Below are positions 54,320-64,000 of a stretch of 64,000 nucleotides of DNA, piece by piece. A program made the position numbers and the translations under genes. The first letter of the stretch is position 1. The number at the start of each line of letters is the position of its first letter. Under the pieces are notes generated by a model. It made no database searches, was not told the DNA's origin, and was given only the letters and a program-made list of their open reading frames with translations. This DNA comes from Kiloniellales bacterium (lineage in GTDB: Bacteria; Pseudomonadota; Alphaproteobacteria; Kiloniellales; JAKSBE01), in the NCBI GenBank assembly GCA_030066685.1, contig JASJBF010000007.1, positions 7,061-71,060 of the forward strand. The letters are read 5' to 3'.

Positions 54320-55903
54320 ATGACCTACGACCCGCCAGAGTCCGATCAGCCCACAAGCCAGGCCGCCGACGCGGCAGCGGCGCCGGACATCGACCTCGCG
54401 GCGACGGCGTCGGACGGGCTGGGCTGCCACGCCGGGGCCGAGGAGTTGCGCGCCGCGGCGGAAAAGGCCGGCAAGAGCGAGGTCCTGGCACGCTACGCGG
54501 AGGACTACCCGGCAGGTCCGCACGACAAGCCGCAGAGCATGTGCCCCGCCTTCGGGTCCCTGCGGGTCGGCCTGCGGATGCGACGCACCGCCTCGGTCCT
54601 TTGCGGCTCCGCCTGCTGCGTCTACGGGCTGACCTTCACCTCGCATTTCTACGGCGCCCGCAGAACCGTCGGCTACGTGCCCTTCAACTCGGAGACCCTG
54701 GTCACCGGCAAGCTTTACGAGGACATCCGCGAGGCGGTCCATCAGCTCGCCGACCCGGAACTCTACGACGTGGTGGTCGTGACCAACCTCTGCGTCCCGA
54801 CGGCCTCCGGCATCCCCCTGCAAATGCTGCCCAAGGAGATCAACGGCGTCCGGATCGTCGGGATCGACGTGCCCGGCTTCGGGGTGCCGACTCACGCGGA
54901 GGCCAAGGACGTGCTCGCCGGCGCGATGCTGAACTACGCGCGCCTGGAGGCCGAGCAGGGCCCGGTCCTGGCACCGCGCGGCGGAGTCAGCGAGAAGCCG
55001 ACGGTAACCCTCCTCGGCGAGATGTTCCCGGCGGATCCGGTCGGCATCGGCCAGCTGCTGGCGCCGCTCGACCTCGCGGCCGGTCCGGTGGTGCCGACCC
55101 GGGAATGGCGCGAGCTTTACGGCGCCCTGGACTGCGCCGCCGTCGCCGCGATCCATCCCTTCTACACCAGCGCCTGCCGGGAGTTCTCGGCGGCGGGGCG
55201 GCAGATCGTCGGGTCCGCGCCGGTCGGCCACGACGGCACGGCCTTCTGGCTGGACGCCGTCGGCGCGGCTTGCGGCGTGGCAAAGCGTAAGATCGACGCG
55301 GCTAAGAACGCCTGCCTGCCGGCAATCGCTGGGGCCCTGGCCGCGGCGCCGATCAAGGGCCGGGTCACCCTGTCCGGCTACGAGGGCTCCGAGCTGCTGG
55401 TCGCCCGGCTGCTGGTCGAATCCGGTGCCGAGGTGAACTACGTCGGCAGCGCCTGTCCCCGCACGCCCTGGTCCGAGGCGGACCGGGACTGGCTCGAAGC
55501 CCACGGGGTCCGGGTGAATTTCCGCGCCTCGCTGGAGCAGGACCTGGCCGCGGTCGCGGAGTTCAAGCCGGACGTCGCCGTCGGGACAACACCGGTGGTG
55601 CAGAAGGCCAAGGAACTGGCGATCCCGGCGCTCTACTTCACCAACCTGATCTCGGCACGGCCCCTGATGGGAGTCGCCGGCGCCGGGGTGCTGGGCCAGC
55701 TGATCAACGGCGCCATCGCGAACCGGGGGCGCTTCGACCGGATGAAGGCTTTCTTCGGGGAGGTCGGCAGCGGCGATGCCGCGGGCATCTGGGAAGACCT
55801 GCCGGCCGACCGCTCGGCCTTCCGCAAGAGCAACGCCGCGCGTCGCGCCAAGGCGGCCAAGCCCGGCCGTGGCGACAAGGTCGAGGGAGCGGTCGGATGC
55901 TGA
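54320..55903 (+). CDS. bchY: chlorophyllide a reductase subunit Y
   Basis: 527 aa from MTYDPPES. NifD-like, [14 protein letters not shown]. Confidence 0.9.
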   Translation: MTYDPPESDQPTSQAADAAAAPDIDLAATASDGLGCHAGAEELRAAAEKAGKSEVLARYAEDYPAGPHDKPQSMCPAFGSLRVGLRMRRTASVLCGSACCVYGLTFTSHFYGARRTVGYVPFNSETLVTGKLYEDIREAVHQLADPELYDVVVVTNLCVPTASGIPLQMLPKEINGVRIVGIDVPGFGVPTHAEAKDVLAGAMLNYARLEAEQGPVLAPRGGVSEKPTVTLLGEMFPADPVGIGQLLAPLDLAAGPVVPTREWRELYGALDCAAVAAIHPFYTSACREFSAAGRQIVGSAPVGHDGTAFWLDAVGAACGVAKRKIDAAKNACLPAIAGALAAAPIKGRVTLSGYEGSELLVARLLVESGAEVNYVGSACPRTPWSEADRDWLEAHGVRVNFRASLEQDLAAVAEFKPDVAVGTTPVVQKAKELAIPALYFTNLISARPLMGVAGAGVLGQLINGAIANRGRFDRMKAFFGEVGSGDAAGIWEDLPADRSAFRKSNAARRAKAAKPGRGDKVEGAVGC

Positions 55904-57354
55904 TCCAGGATCACGATCGCGCCGGCGGCTATTGGGGCTCGGTCTACGTCTTCACCGCGATCAAGGGCCTGCAGGTGATCATCGACGGGCCGGTCGGCTG
56001 CGAGAACCTGCCGGTGACCTCGGTCCTGCACTACACAGACGCCCTGCCGCCGCACGAGCTGCCGATCGTCGTGACCGGGCTGGCGGAGGAGGAGCTGGGG
56101 CAGACCGGCACCGAGAACGCGATGCGCCAGGCGCACCGGTCCCTGGACCCGGACCTGCCGGCCGTCGTGGTCACTGGATCGATCGCCGAGATGATCGGCG
56201 GCGGCGTCACGCCCGAAGGCACCGGCATTCAGCGTTTCCTGCCCCGGACCATCGACGAGGACCAGTGGCAGAGCGCCGATCGCGCCCTGCACTGGCTGTG
56301 GACCCAGTACGGAGCGAAGAAGGGCCGCATGCCCAAGGCCAGAGCGCGGCCGGAGGGCGCCAGGCCCCGGGTCAACATCATCGGGCCCAGCTACGGCATG
56401 TTCAACCTGCCCTCCGACTTGGCCGAGATCAGGCGCCTGGTCGAGGGCATCGGCGCCGAGGTCAACCTGGTCTTCCCCCTGGGCAGCCATCTGAGCGAGG
56501 TCGCGCGCCTGGTCGACGCGGACGTCAACATCTGCCTCTACCGCGAGTTCGGCCGGTTGCTCTGCGAGGCGCTGGAAAAGCCTTACCTGCAGGCGCCGAT
56601 CGGCCTGGAGAGCACGACGAAATTCCTGCGCAGCCTGGGCGGGCTCTTGGGCCTCGATCCCGAGCCCTTCATCGCGCGCGAGAAGCACACCACGATCAAG
56701 CCGATCTGGGACCTCTGGCGCTCGGTGACCCAGGACTTCTTCGGCACCGCCAGCTTCGGCATCGCGGCCAACGAGACCTACACCCGCGGCCTGCGGAACT
56801 TCCTGGAGAGCGACCTGGGCCTGCCCTGCCACTTCGCCTTCTCCCGCTCGGCCGGCAAGAAGCCGGACAACGAGGCGGTGCGCCAGGCGGTGCAGGAGAA
56901 GACGCCGCTGGTCCTCTTCGGCAGCTACAACGAGCGCATGTACCTGGCAGAGATCGGCGGTCGGGCGGTCTTCATCCCGGCCTCCTTCCCCGGCACGATC
57001 ATCCGCCGTCACACCGGCACGCCCTTCATGGGCTACGCCGGCGCCACCTACCTGGTGCAGGAGGTCTGCAACGCCCTCTTCGACGCGCTGTTCCACATCC
57101 TGCCGCTGGGCAGCGACCTGGACAAAGCCGATCCGACCCCGGCGAGGGTGCACCGCGAGCTGCCCTGGAGCGAGGCGGCGCAGACCGCGCTGTCGCGGGT
57201 CCTGGAAACCCATCCGGTCCTGACCCGGATCTCCGCCGCCAAGCGCCTGCGCGACGCCGCCGAACGGCAGGCGCGGAAGGCCGGGCTGGAAGAGGTCACG
57301 ACGGCCTGCCTGGACCGGGCACGGCTGTCCGTGGTCGAGGGGAGCGCGGCATGA
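55897..57354 (+). CDS. bchZ: chlorophyllide a reductase subunit Z
   Basis: 485 aa. [14 protein letters not shown]...[10 protein letters not shown]. Overlaps bchY by 7 nt. Confidence 0.95.
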   Translation: MLIQDHDRAGGYWGSVYVFTAIKGLQVIIDGPVGCENLPVTSVLHYTDALPPHELPIVVTGLAEEELGQTGTENAMRQAHRSLDPDLPAVVVTGSIAEMIGGGVTPEGTGIQRFLPRTIDEDQWQSADRALHWLWTQYGAKKGRMPKARARPEGARPRVNIIGPSYGMFNLPSDLAEIRRLVEGIGAEVNLVFPLGSHLSEVARLVDADVNICLYREFGRLLCEALEKPYLQAPIGLESTTKFLRSLGGLLGLDPEPFIAREKHTTIKPIWDLWRSVTQDFFGTASFGIAANETYTRGLRNFLESDLGLPCHFAFSRSAGKKPDNEAVRQAVQEKTPLVLFGSYNERMYLAEIGGRAVFIPASFPGTIIRRHTGTPFMGYAGATYLVQEVCNALFDALFHILPLGSDLDKADPTPARVHRELPWSEAAQTALSRVLETHPVLTRISAAKRLRDAAERQARKAGLEEVTTACLDRARLSVVEGSAA

Positions 57355-57506
57355 GCGCGCGCCCCGAGGTTCGGCTCGTATTCAGAATTCGCCCGCTTGC
57401 GACGGGCGTCCGATCCACCGCGGCGGGCATTCCCCGTCCGGAGGCCCTGGCCGCGTAGGGGTTATGCGGCACCGGCCGATAGGCCAAAGCGTAAGGAGGT
57501 AGTTGA

Positions 57507-57722
57507 ATGGCTGAGCATGAGAGTATGTCAGGCCTTACCCCCGACGAAGCAAGGGAGTTCCACCGGTACTACATGCAGGGCCTTTGGCTCTTTGTGGGGA
57601 TTGCGGTCGTTGCGCACCTCCTCACCTGGATCTGGCGGCCCTGGTTCCATCCGGAAACCGCCGGTGCGGCTTCGGACCTTCTGCCGAGTGCGACCAGCAC
57701 TCTGATGTCCCTCATAGGATAG
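57507..57722 (+). CDS. pufB: LH1 beta polypeptide with extended C-terminus
   Basis: 71 aa. [19 protein letters not shown]...[14 protein letters not shown], followed by 24 extra residues. Confidence 0.9.
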   Translation: MAEHESMSGLTPDEAREFHRYYMQGLWLFVGIAVVAHLLTWIWRPWFHPETAGAASDLLPSATSTLMSLIG

Positions 57723-57734
57723 GAGGAGAGAGCA

Positions 57735-57869
57735 ATGTGGCGAATTTGGCTCGTGTTCGACCCTCGCAGGGTGATGGTCGTTCAAGGCGTCTTCCTGTTT
57801 TCCTTGGCAGCGATGATCCACTTCATCCTGCTGAGCACGGAACGCTTCAACTGGTTGATGAATCCGTAA
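57735..57869 (+). CDS. pufA: LH1 alpha polypeptide (short, 44 aa)
   Basis: Below the ORF-track size cutoff; translated manually as [55 protein letters not shown] upstream. Confidence 0.9.
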   Translation: MWRIWLVFDPRRVMVVQGVFLFSLAAMIHFILLSTERFNWLMNP

Positions 57870-58064
57870 AGGAAAGCGGGAAACGGAACGCCGTGTTCCG
57901 GGGTTCGTCCCCAACGATCCAACCTCGGTCCCACGGCGCTTCGATGACAGGGAAAGCGGGTGGAATCGCCTCAGGTTGAGACGGTTCCCCCGCTGCTCCC
58001 GACGAAATACAAGGCGGCTTGGGCTTTGCGCCCTTCGTAAGGCCGAGTCGGGGAGAAATTGATC

Positions 58065-58889
58065 ATGTCCATGCTGGATTTCGAGAAGAAGTACCGCGTT
58101 CGCGGCGGGACGCTGATCGGGGGCGATCTCTTCGACTTTTGGATCGGCCCCTTCTACGTCGGGTTCTTCGGCGTCACTACGATATTCTTCGCCTTCTTGG
58201 GCACCGTTCTGATCATCTATGGCGCGGCGATCGGGCCGACCTGGAACGTCTGGCGGATCAACATTGCCCCGCCCGACCTGTCCTACGGCCTCGCGCTGGC
58301 GCCGCTGGCGGAGGGCGGCCTCTGGCAGATCATCACGGTCTGCGCGCTCGGCGCCTTCGGCTCCTGGGCGCTGCGCCAGGCCGAGATCGCCCGCAAGCTG
58401 GGCATGGGTCTTCATGTCCCCGTCGCCTTCAGTGTCGCGATCTTCGCGTATTTCTCTCTGGTCGTGATCCGTCCGGTGCTGATGGGCGCCTGGGGCCACG
58501 GCTTCCCCTACGGCATCCTCAGCCACCTAGATTGGGTTTCCAACGTCGGCTACCAGTACCTGCACTTCCACTACAACCCGGCGCACATGCTGGCGGTGTC
58601 CTTCTTCTTCACGACCACCCTGGCGCTGGCCTTGCACGGCGGCCTGGTCCTCTCGGCGACCAATCCGGCCAGGGGCGAGCCGGTCAAGACCGCCGAGCAC
58701 GAGAACACCTATTTCCGCGACGCCATCGGCTATTCGATCGGCACCCTCGGGATCCATCGCCTGGGCCTCTTCCTGGCGCTGTCCTCGGGCTTCTGGAGCG
58801 CGGTCTGCATCATCATCAGCGGCCCCTTCTGGACCGCCGGCTGGCCGTCGTGGTGGACCTGGTGGCTCGACCTGCCGATTTGGAGCTGA
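58065..58889 (+). CDS. pufL: reaction centre L subunit
   Basis: 274 aa from [26 protein letters not shown]. The ORF also opens at TTG 58059. Confidence 0.95.
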   Translation: MSMLDFEKKYRVRGGTLIGGDLFDFWIGPFYVGFFGVTTIFFAFLGTVLIIYGAAIGPTWNVWRINIAPPDLSYGLALAPLAEGGLWQIITVCALGAFGSWALRQAEIARKLGMGLHVPVAFSVAIFAYFSLVVIRPVLMGAWGHGFPYGILSHLDWVSNVGYQYLHFHYNPAHMLAVSFFFTTTLALALHGGLVLSATNPARGEPVKTAEHENTYFRDAIGYSIGTLGIHRLGLFLALSSGFWSAVCIIISGPFWTAGWPSWWTWWLDLPIWS

Positions 58890-58902
58890 GGGGAGCAAGC
58901 TC

Positions 58903-59874
58903 ATGGCCGAATATCAGAACATCTTCACCACCGTGCAGGTCCATGGCGCGCCGGACCTGGGCATTCCGGTCAAATCCGGTTCCTGGACCCGCGGCGACAA
59001 GACCTGGACGGCCTACTGGGCCGGCAAGTTCGGCGAGGCGCAGATCGGCCCGCTTTACCTGGGCGGGCTCGGCGTCGCTTCGATCATCTGCGGCACCATC
59101 GCCTTCGTGACCATCGGCCTCAACATGCTGGCCTCGGTGGGCTGGGATCCGATCCAGTTCGTTCGCCAGCTCTTCTGGCTGTCGCTCGATCCACCGGCGC
59201 CGGAGTACGGCCTGTCCTTCCCGCCGATGGCCGAGGGCGGCTGGTTCCTGGTCACCGGCGCCTTCCTGACCGCCTCGGTCCTGCTGTGGTGGGCCCGGAT
59301 GTACACCCGCGCCGAGGCGCTCGGCATGGGCAAGCACATCGCCTGGGCCTTCGCCGCGGCGATCTGGCTGTTCCTGGTCCTGGGCCTGATCCGGCCGATC
59401 CTGATGGGCAGCTGGGCCGAGGCCGTGCCCTACGGCATCTTCCCGCACCTCGACTGGACCGCAGCATTTTCGATCCGCTACGGAAACCTCTTCTACAATC
59501 CTTTCCACATGCTCTCCATCGTCTTCCTCTACGGCTCGGCCCTGCTTTTCGCGATGCACGGCGCGACCATTCTCGCGGTCAGCCGCTTCGGCGGCGACCG
59601 CGAGATCGAGCAGATCGTCGACCGGGGAACGGCTTCCGAGCGTGCGGCCCTGTTCTGGCGCTGGACCATGGGCTTCAACGCGACCATGGAATCGATCCAT
59701 CGCTGGGCCTGGTGGTTCGCCGTCCTCTGCCCGCTGACCGGCGGCATTGGGATCCTTCTGACCGGCACCGTCGTAGACAATTGGTATCTTTGGGGCGTCA
59801 AGCACGGCATCGCGCCGCCCTATCCCGACGTCTTCGGCGACCTGCCGGATCCGGCAGCTGCGGGAGGTAACTGA
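58903..59874 (+). CDS. pufM: reaction centre M subunit
   Basis: 323 aa. [13 protein letters not shown]..., [13 protein letters not shown]. Confidence 0.95.
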   Translation: MAEYQNIFTTVQVHGAPDLGIPVKSGSWTRGDKTWTAYWAGKFGEAQIGPLYLGGLGVASIICGTIAFVTIGLNMLASVGWDPIQFVRQLFWLSLDPPAPEYGLSFPPMAEGGWFLVTGAFLTASVLLWWARMYTRAEALGMGKHIAWAFAAAIWLFLVLGLIRPILMGSWAEAVPYGIFPHLDWTAAFSIRYGNLFYNPFHMLSIVFLYGSALLFAMHGATILAVSRFGGDREIEQIVDRGTASERAALFWRWTMGFNATMESIHRWAWWFAVLCPLTGGIGILLTGTVVDNWYLWGVKHGIAPPYPDVFGDLPDPAAAGGN

Positions 59875-59876
59875 CC

Positions 59877-60902
59877 ATGAAAGACGTGTGGCTCGTCGCA
59901 ATTCCCTTCGTCTTCGTGCTGGTCCTCGCGGCCATGTCGACCTGGGACCGCCCCCCGATCGACAGCACGCAAATGGGCTACCGCGGCACCGGCATGGTGC
60001 AGGTCGACAATCCCCGCATCGAAGCCAAGCTCGCCGAGCTCAATCAGGTCTGGGAGTCCTACGGCAGGGTCGAGCCCGGCGGCCCGCCGGCCAGCCAGGC
60101 CTACGAGAACGTCCAGGTCCTGGGCGCGCTCTCCCAGGATCAGTTCGATCACCTGATGCTGTCGATCACCAGCTGGGTCTCGCCGGAGGAAGGCTGCGCC
60201 TACTGCCACAACGAAGAGAACCTTGCGGCCGACGACGTCTACACCAAGATCGTCTCGCGCCGGATGATTCAGATGACGCAGGCCATCAACTCGGAATGGG
60301 GCGAGCACGTCGGCGGCGCCGGCGTCAACTGCTTCACCTGCCACAGGGGCCAGCACGTCCCGCAGTATGTCTGGGTCGACGAGGACTATCAGCGGCAGGC
60401 GACCGGCGGCTTCGCGGCCAAGCGCAACAACCAGAACCTGGCCACGCCGATCTCCGGGTACTCGTCCCTGCCCTACGACGCGCTGCAGCGTCTCCTGACC
60501 AAGGACGACGCCGAGATCCGTGTCGCCGCGCTCAACGCCCTGCCGACCACGGACGGCGACAACGTGGCGATCCAGGACACCGAGGTGACCTACTCGCTGA
60601 TGATGCACATGTCACAGGGCCTGGGCGTCAACTGCACCTACTGCCACAACAGCCGCGCGTTCTGGGACTGGGAGCAAAGCACCCAGGCCCGCACGATAGC
60701 CTGGCACGGCATCGAGATGGTGCAGAACGTCAACGAGGAATACCTCATTCCCCTGCGCTCGGCCCTGCCCGAACACCGGCTCGGCCCCAAGGGCGATGCG
60801 CCCAAGGCCATGTGCTCGACCTGTCACCAGGGCATTCCCAAGCCGATGTACGGTGCCAATGCGCTCGAAGACCATCCCGAACTCGGTCAGCCTGTGAGGT
60901 AG
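59877..60902 (+). CDS. pufC: reaction-centre-bound tetraheme cytochrome c subunit
   Basis: 341 aa. Four CxxCH sites (CAYCH, CFTCH, CTYCH, CSTCH). N-terminal anchor. Confidence 0.9.
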   Translation: MKDVWLVAIPFVFVLVLAAMSTWDRPPIDSTQMGYRGTGMVQVDNPRIEAKLAELNQVWESYGRVEPGGPPASQAYENVQVLGALSQDQFDHLMLSITSWVSPEEGCAYCHNEENLAADDVYTKIVSRRMIQMTQAINSEWGEHVGGAGVNCFTCHRGQHVPQYVWVDEDYQRQATGGFAAKRNNQNLATPISGYSSLPYDALQRLLTKDDAEIRVAALNALPTTDGDNVAIQDTEVTYSLMMHMSQGLGVNCTYCHNSRAFWDWEQSTQARTIAWHGIEMVQNVNEEYLIPLRSALPEHRLGPKGDAPKAMCSTCHQGIPKPMYGANALEDHPELGQPVR

Positions 60903-60935
60903 ACTCCCCGCCATCGGGAGCTTCCTCCCTCCGGG

Positions 60936-60967
60936 GGGAGGTCCGAGACGGACCTCCCTCTTTTTTT
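60936..60967 (+). terminator. rho-independent terminator after pufC
   Basis: Perfect 10-bp stem GGGAGGTCCG-AGA-CGGACCTCCC, followed by TCTTTTTTT. Confidence 0.8.
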
Positions 60968-61058
60968 GTCTTCGAAGACCATGGTTAGGGAAGCCGAGCA
61001 GACACGATACTGCGCGCGAGACCGCGCCGCCCCTTGCCGAATCCTGGTCGAGGTCGGG

Positions 61059-61583
61059 CTACAGGCCCAGTTCGTCCCAGCGCGAGAGGTAGATCCTGAA
61101 CCAGGGAGCAAAGGCCTCCGGACGGGCGGCGGCCTCGAGCCGCAGCTGCTCGACGGTCTCCCAGCGGGTCTCGGAGACCTCGGCGCGATTGGGACGCAGG
61201 GCGACGCCCCTGTCTCCGGTCGCCGCGTGGTAGACGGCGACGCGCTCATGCTCGCGCAAGCCCTGTCCGACATCGGCGGCGTATTCGATCGTCGCCACCT
61301 GGCTCATCGGCAGTGACAGGCCGAGTTCCTCGTCCAGGCGCCGCTCGGCGCAGTCATCCTGCGACTCGCCCCAGTGCGGATGCGAACAGCAGGTGTTGGC
61401 CCAGAGACCGCCGCAGTGGTACTTGCCGTCCGCCCGTCGCTGGATCAGCAGCTCGCGGCCGCAAAAGGCAAAGACGGAGATCGCTTGGTGCAGCACGCCC
61501 CGCCTGTGCGCCTCGAGCTTCTCGATCGGGTAAAGGCTGTCGTCCGCCGCGATCGCGGGAATCGTGATCTCTACCTGCGCCAT
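61059..61583 (-). CDS. idi: isopentenyl-diphosphate delta-isomerase, type 1 (Nudix)
   Basis: 174 aa from MAQVEITIP. HRAISVF-like LHQAISVFAF, WANTCCSHP, RRLDEELG. Confidence 0.85.
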   Translation of the reverse strand: MAQVEITIPAIAADDSLYPIEKLEAHRRGVLHQAISVFAFCGRELLIQRRADGKYHCGGLWANTCCSHPHWGESQDDCAERRLDEELGLSLPMSQVATIEYAADVGQGLREHERVAVYHAATGDRGVALRPNRAEVSETRWETVEQLRLEAAARPEAFAPWFRIYLSRWDELGL

Positions 61584-61684
61584 GATCTCCAAGCTTCCGG
61601 GTGGACCGTCTCGCCCCCGCTCCGCTTCAGCAATTCGGAGCACGGTTCAGATATGAGGTTGCTTCAACCTCACATCATCATGCT

Positions 61685-62902
61685 CTAGGCTGCGGCCGTC
61701 TTCAGCCCCAAGGAGGACCAGATTTCCGACAGCGCCGCAACCAGGGCGTTGATGTCGGCCTCTCCGTGCAGCGGCGACGGGGTCAGACGCAGCCGCTCGG
61801 TGCCACGCGGTACCGTCGGGTAGTTGATCGGCTGCACGTAGATCCCGAAGTCCTCCATCAGGCAGTCGCTGATCTTCTTGCAAAGGACCGGATCGCCGAC
61901 CATCACCGGGACGATGTGGCTGGGGTTGCGCATGTGCGGGATCCCAGCACCGTCGAGCTTGCGGCGCAAGGTTGCCACCCGAATCTTCTGTATGTCACGC
62001 TCCATGCTGCTGCCCTTAAGGTGCCGGATGCTCTCCCGCGCGCCGGCGGCCACGGCGGGCGGCAGGGCCGTGGTGAAGATGAAGCCGGAGGAGAAGCTGC
62101 GCACGAAATCGCAGAGCGCGGCCGAGGCGGCGATGTAGCCGCCGACGACTCCGAAGGCCTTGCCCAGGGTGCCTTCGATCACGGTCAGCCGGTCCATCAG
62201 GCCTTCGCGTTCGGCGATGCCCCCACCACGCGGCCCGTACATGCCGACGGCGTGAACCTCGTCCAGGTAGGTCATGGCGTTGTGCGCTTCGGCGACGTCG
62301 CAGATCTCGGCGATCGGCGCGATGTCGCCGTCCATGGAGTAGACCGATTCGAAGGCGATCAACTTCGGCCGGGTCGGATCGAGGTCGCGCAGCTTGCGGT
62401 CCAGATCCTCCGGATCGTTGTGTGCGAAGATCCGCTTCTCGGCGCGGCTGTGGCGGATGCCCTCGATCATCGAGGCGTGGTTCAGGGCATCGGACAGGAC
62501 GATGCAGTCGGGGATCTGCGACGCCAGGGTGCCGAGCGCCGCCCAGTTCGAGACGTATCCGGAGGTGAAGAGCAAGGCGGCCTCCTTTCGGTGGAGGTCG
62601 GCCAGTTCCCGCTCCAGAAGCACGTGGTAGTGGTTGGTCCCGGAGATGTTGCGGGTGCCGCCGGCGCCGGCGCCGCAGCGGTCCAGCGCCTGGTGCATGG
62701 CGTCCAGGACCTTGGGGTTCTGCCCCATGCCCAGGTAGTCGTTCGAGCACCAGACGGTCACCTGGGCTTTGTCGGCACCTTTCGGGCGGTGCGTCGCACG
62801 GGGGAAGGCGCCGGCATGGCGCTCGAGGTTGGCGAAAACGCGATAGCGCCCTTCCTCCAGGAGCCCGGCGAGACGGTCCTTGAAATAGGATTCGTAGTTC
62901 AT
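61685..62902 (-). CDS. hemA: 5-aminolevulinate synthase
   Basis: 405 aa. [11 protein letters not shown]..., [12 protein letters not shown] lysine region TLGKAFG. Confidence 0.95.
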   Translation of the reverse strand: MNYESYFKDRLAGLLEEGRYRVFANLERHAGAFPRATHRPKGADKAQVTVWCSNDYLGMGQNPKVLDAMHQALDRCGAGAGGTRNISGTNHYHVLLERELADLHRKEAALLFTSGYVSNWAALGTLASQIPDCIVLSDALNHASMIEGIRHSRAEKRIFAHNDPEDLDRKLRDLDPTRPKLIAFESVYSMDGDIAPIAEICDVAEAHNAMTYLDEVHAVGMYGPRGGGIAEREGLMDRLTVIEGTLGKAFGVVGGYIAASAALCDFVRSFSSGFIFTTALPPAVAAGARESIRHLKGSSMERDIQKIRVATLRRKLDGAGIPHMRNPSHIVPVMVGDPVLCKKISDCLMEDFGIYVQPINYPTVPRGTERLRLTPSPLHGEADINALVAALSEIWSSLGLKTAAA

Positions 62903-63762
62903 GGAAGCCTCCCTTCCTGTGGCACGGCCGACAAGGTCGCGCTGCTTGCTGTGTTTGTCCCGGGTCGCAGGCCCGGTTGGTAGAGAACGCCCGCGGCGTC
63001 GACATCGGACTTGCGCAATGCCCAGCGCCAGAGCGCGGCGTCGGGCAGCGGCAGGACCAGCAGCCAGTGCTCCAGCGTTCCCAGGGCGATCAAGGCGCCG
63101 AGCAGGGTGTAGCCGCTGGCCGCGAAGGCGCCGGCATCCGGCGCGAAGGCCAGGTGAAGAACGTAGGCCGTCGAGAGAGTCGACAAGGTGATCGAGATCG
63201 GGAAGAGGCCGTTCATCGGCTTCCGGCCGAAGTAGCTCTTCAGAAAGCCCAGGTGCTCCGGCAAGAACTCCTCGCTGAGGTTCGGCACCCCGAGGAAGAC
63301 GTTCAGCTTGGCGCTCAGCCGCATCCCGAAGAGGACGATAAAGGTCCAAAGACCAAGCTTGTTGGGCTGGTCCCAGGTGACGAACAGCAGCAGCCCGAGC
63401 GTCGCCAGGATCGCAAGCTCGTGATAGAGCAGGGTCCGCACGGCCAGGAGGAAGCGGGTCCGATCGTTCGCGTTTGCGGGGCAGGCGAGCTTGCGCGGCC
63501 CTGCCAAGGTCCCCTGCAGGAAGGTCAGCTCGTGCCAGCCCCAAAGGGCGACGCCGGCGAGAAAGGCGGCATAGGCGGCGCCGGGCGTCGTCTCCGCCCC
63601 GGTCACGACGACGACGTAGAGCGCGAGACCGGCGAGCAGCGAGGCGCCCAGGGTGCTCCAGGGATAGCTCCGCCGCGGCAGGCCGTTCAGCAGCAGCACG
63701 ACCCCGGTGCTGAGCCACCAGACGAAAAGGGCCGCGAGTGCTGCGAGGACGAAGGCCGCCAT
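62899..63762 (-). CDS. puhE: photosynthetic complex assembly protein PuhE
   Basis: 287 aa polytopic protein from [20 protein letters not shown]. Lies between acsF and hemA. ATGA overlap with hemA. Confidence 0.8.
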   Translation of the reverse strand: MAAFVLAALAALFVWWLSTGVVLLLNGLPRRSYPWSTLGASLLAGLALYVVVVTGAETTPGAAYAAFLAGVALWGWHELTFLQGTLAGPRKLACPANANDRTRFLLAVRTLLYHELAILATLGLLLFVTWDQPNKLGLWTFIVLFGMRLSAKLNVFLGVPNLSEEFLPEHLGFLKSYFGRKPMNGLFPISITLSTLSTAYVLHLAFAPDAGAFAASGYTLLGALIALGTLEHWLLVLPLPDAALWRWALRKSDVDAAGVLYQPGLRPGTNTASSATLSAVPQEGRLP

Positions 63763-63781
63763 CGGCCGGTCTCTCCTTCTT

Positions 63782-64000
63782 CTACCAGGCCGGCTGCATC
63801 CGGCTCTGCTGCGGAAGCGCGTTGCTCTTGGCCGGCAGGCAGTAGAGCCGCGCAAAGGTGACGGCGGCCGCCAGGCCCAGGCCGACCTTCTTGAGCCCGC
63901 CCAGGACACCGCCCGTCTTGCCGGCCGCCGCGATGCCTTCGTTGATCCGCCGCAAACGCTCCAGCCCGGCCCGGAAGCGCGGATCGTCCAGGTCCAGGGT
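63782..64000 (-). CDS. acsF: aerobic Mg-protoporphyrin IX monomethyl ester cyclase, C-terminal 72 aa (gene runs off the right edge)
   Basis: Manual translation gives TLDLDDPRFRAGLERLRRINEGIAAAGKTGG...FARLYCLPAKSNALPQQSRMQPAW*, which resembles the AcsF C-terminus. Canonical acsF-puhE order. Confidence 0.75.
   Translation of the reverse strand, partial: TLDLDDPRFRAGLERLRRINEGIAAAGKTGGVLGGLKKVGLGLAAAVTFARLYCLPAKSNALPQQSRMQPAW

Noticed and set aside
57351-57458. 35-codon ORF ([35 protein letters not shown]) overlapping the bchZ stop, at the position where pufQ sits in Rhodobacter.
   Set aside because: It has no hydrophobic segment and is half the length of PufQ, so it is most likely a chance frame in the bchZ-pufB spacer.
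61656-61675. Hairpin GAGGTTG-CTT-CAACCTC between hemA and idi as a terminator.
   Set aside because: The stem is only 7 bp and no U-tract follows on the transcribed (minus) strand, so it is too weak to call.

Overview
High-GC alphaproteobacterial chromosome segment with four parts. (1) 1-13 kb is a denitrification island whose promoters carry FNR/NNR-type boxes. It holds nirS (edge-truncated), nirI, an Nnr-like Crp/Fnr regulator, nnrS, and a ~7-kb operon. That operon encodes a B-family-like heme-copper enzyme lacking the active-site cross-link tyrosine, plus a CuA subunit, heme O synthase, SCO1/SenC, a cytochrome b-ferredoxin-MvhD-like fusion and a hemerythrin. (2) 13-17.8 kb is a patch of visibly lower G+C with a DAACS symporter fused to a solute-binding domain, a TLC-like transporter and an orphan lipoprotein. 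(3) 18-27.4 kb is a 12-gene co-directional operon with no recognisable ATPase. It encodes MotA/ExbB-like, ExbD/MotB-like and TonB/TolA-like anchored proteins, two lytic transglycosylases, lipoproteins and a membrane protein with a Lon-S16-like motif; this is the best candidate for an undescribed envelope system. Next come REP/MITE-like repeats, two secreted proteins and a decayed P-loop kinase gene. (4) 31-64 kb is a photosynthesis gene cluster: bchP-pucC-like-bchG-ppsR-ppaA, bchF, P450-crtA, bchIDO-crtIB-tspO, crtCD, crtEF-bchCXYZ-pufBALMC, idi, hemA-puhE-acsF. It contains many TGT-N12-ACA PpsR/CrtJ palindromes. No rRNA, tRNA, CRISPR array, transposase or integrase gene was recognised. All calls come from reading the translations and DNA by eye; no database search was run.
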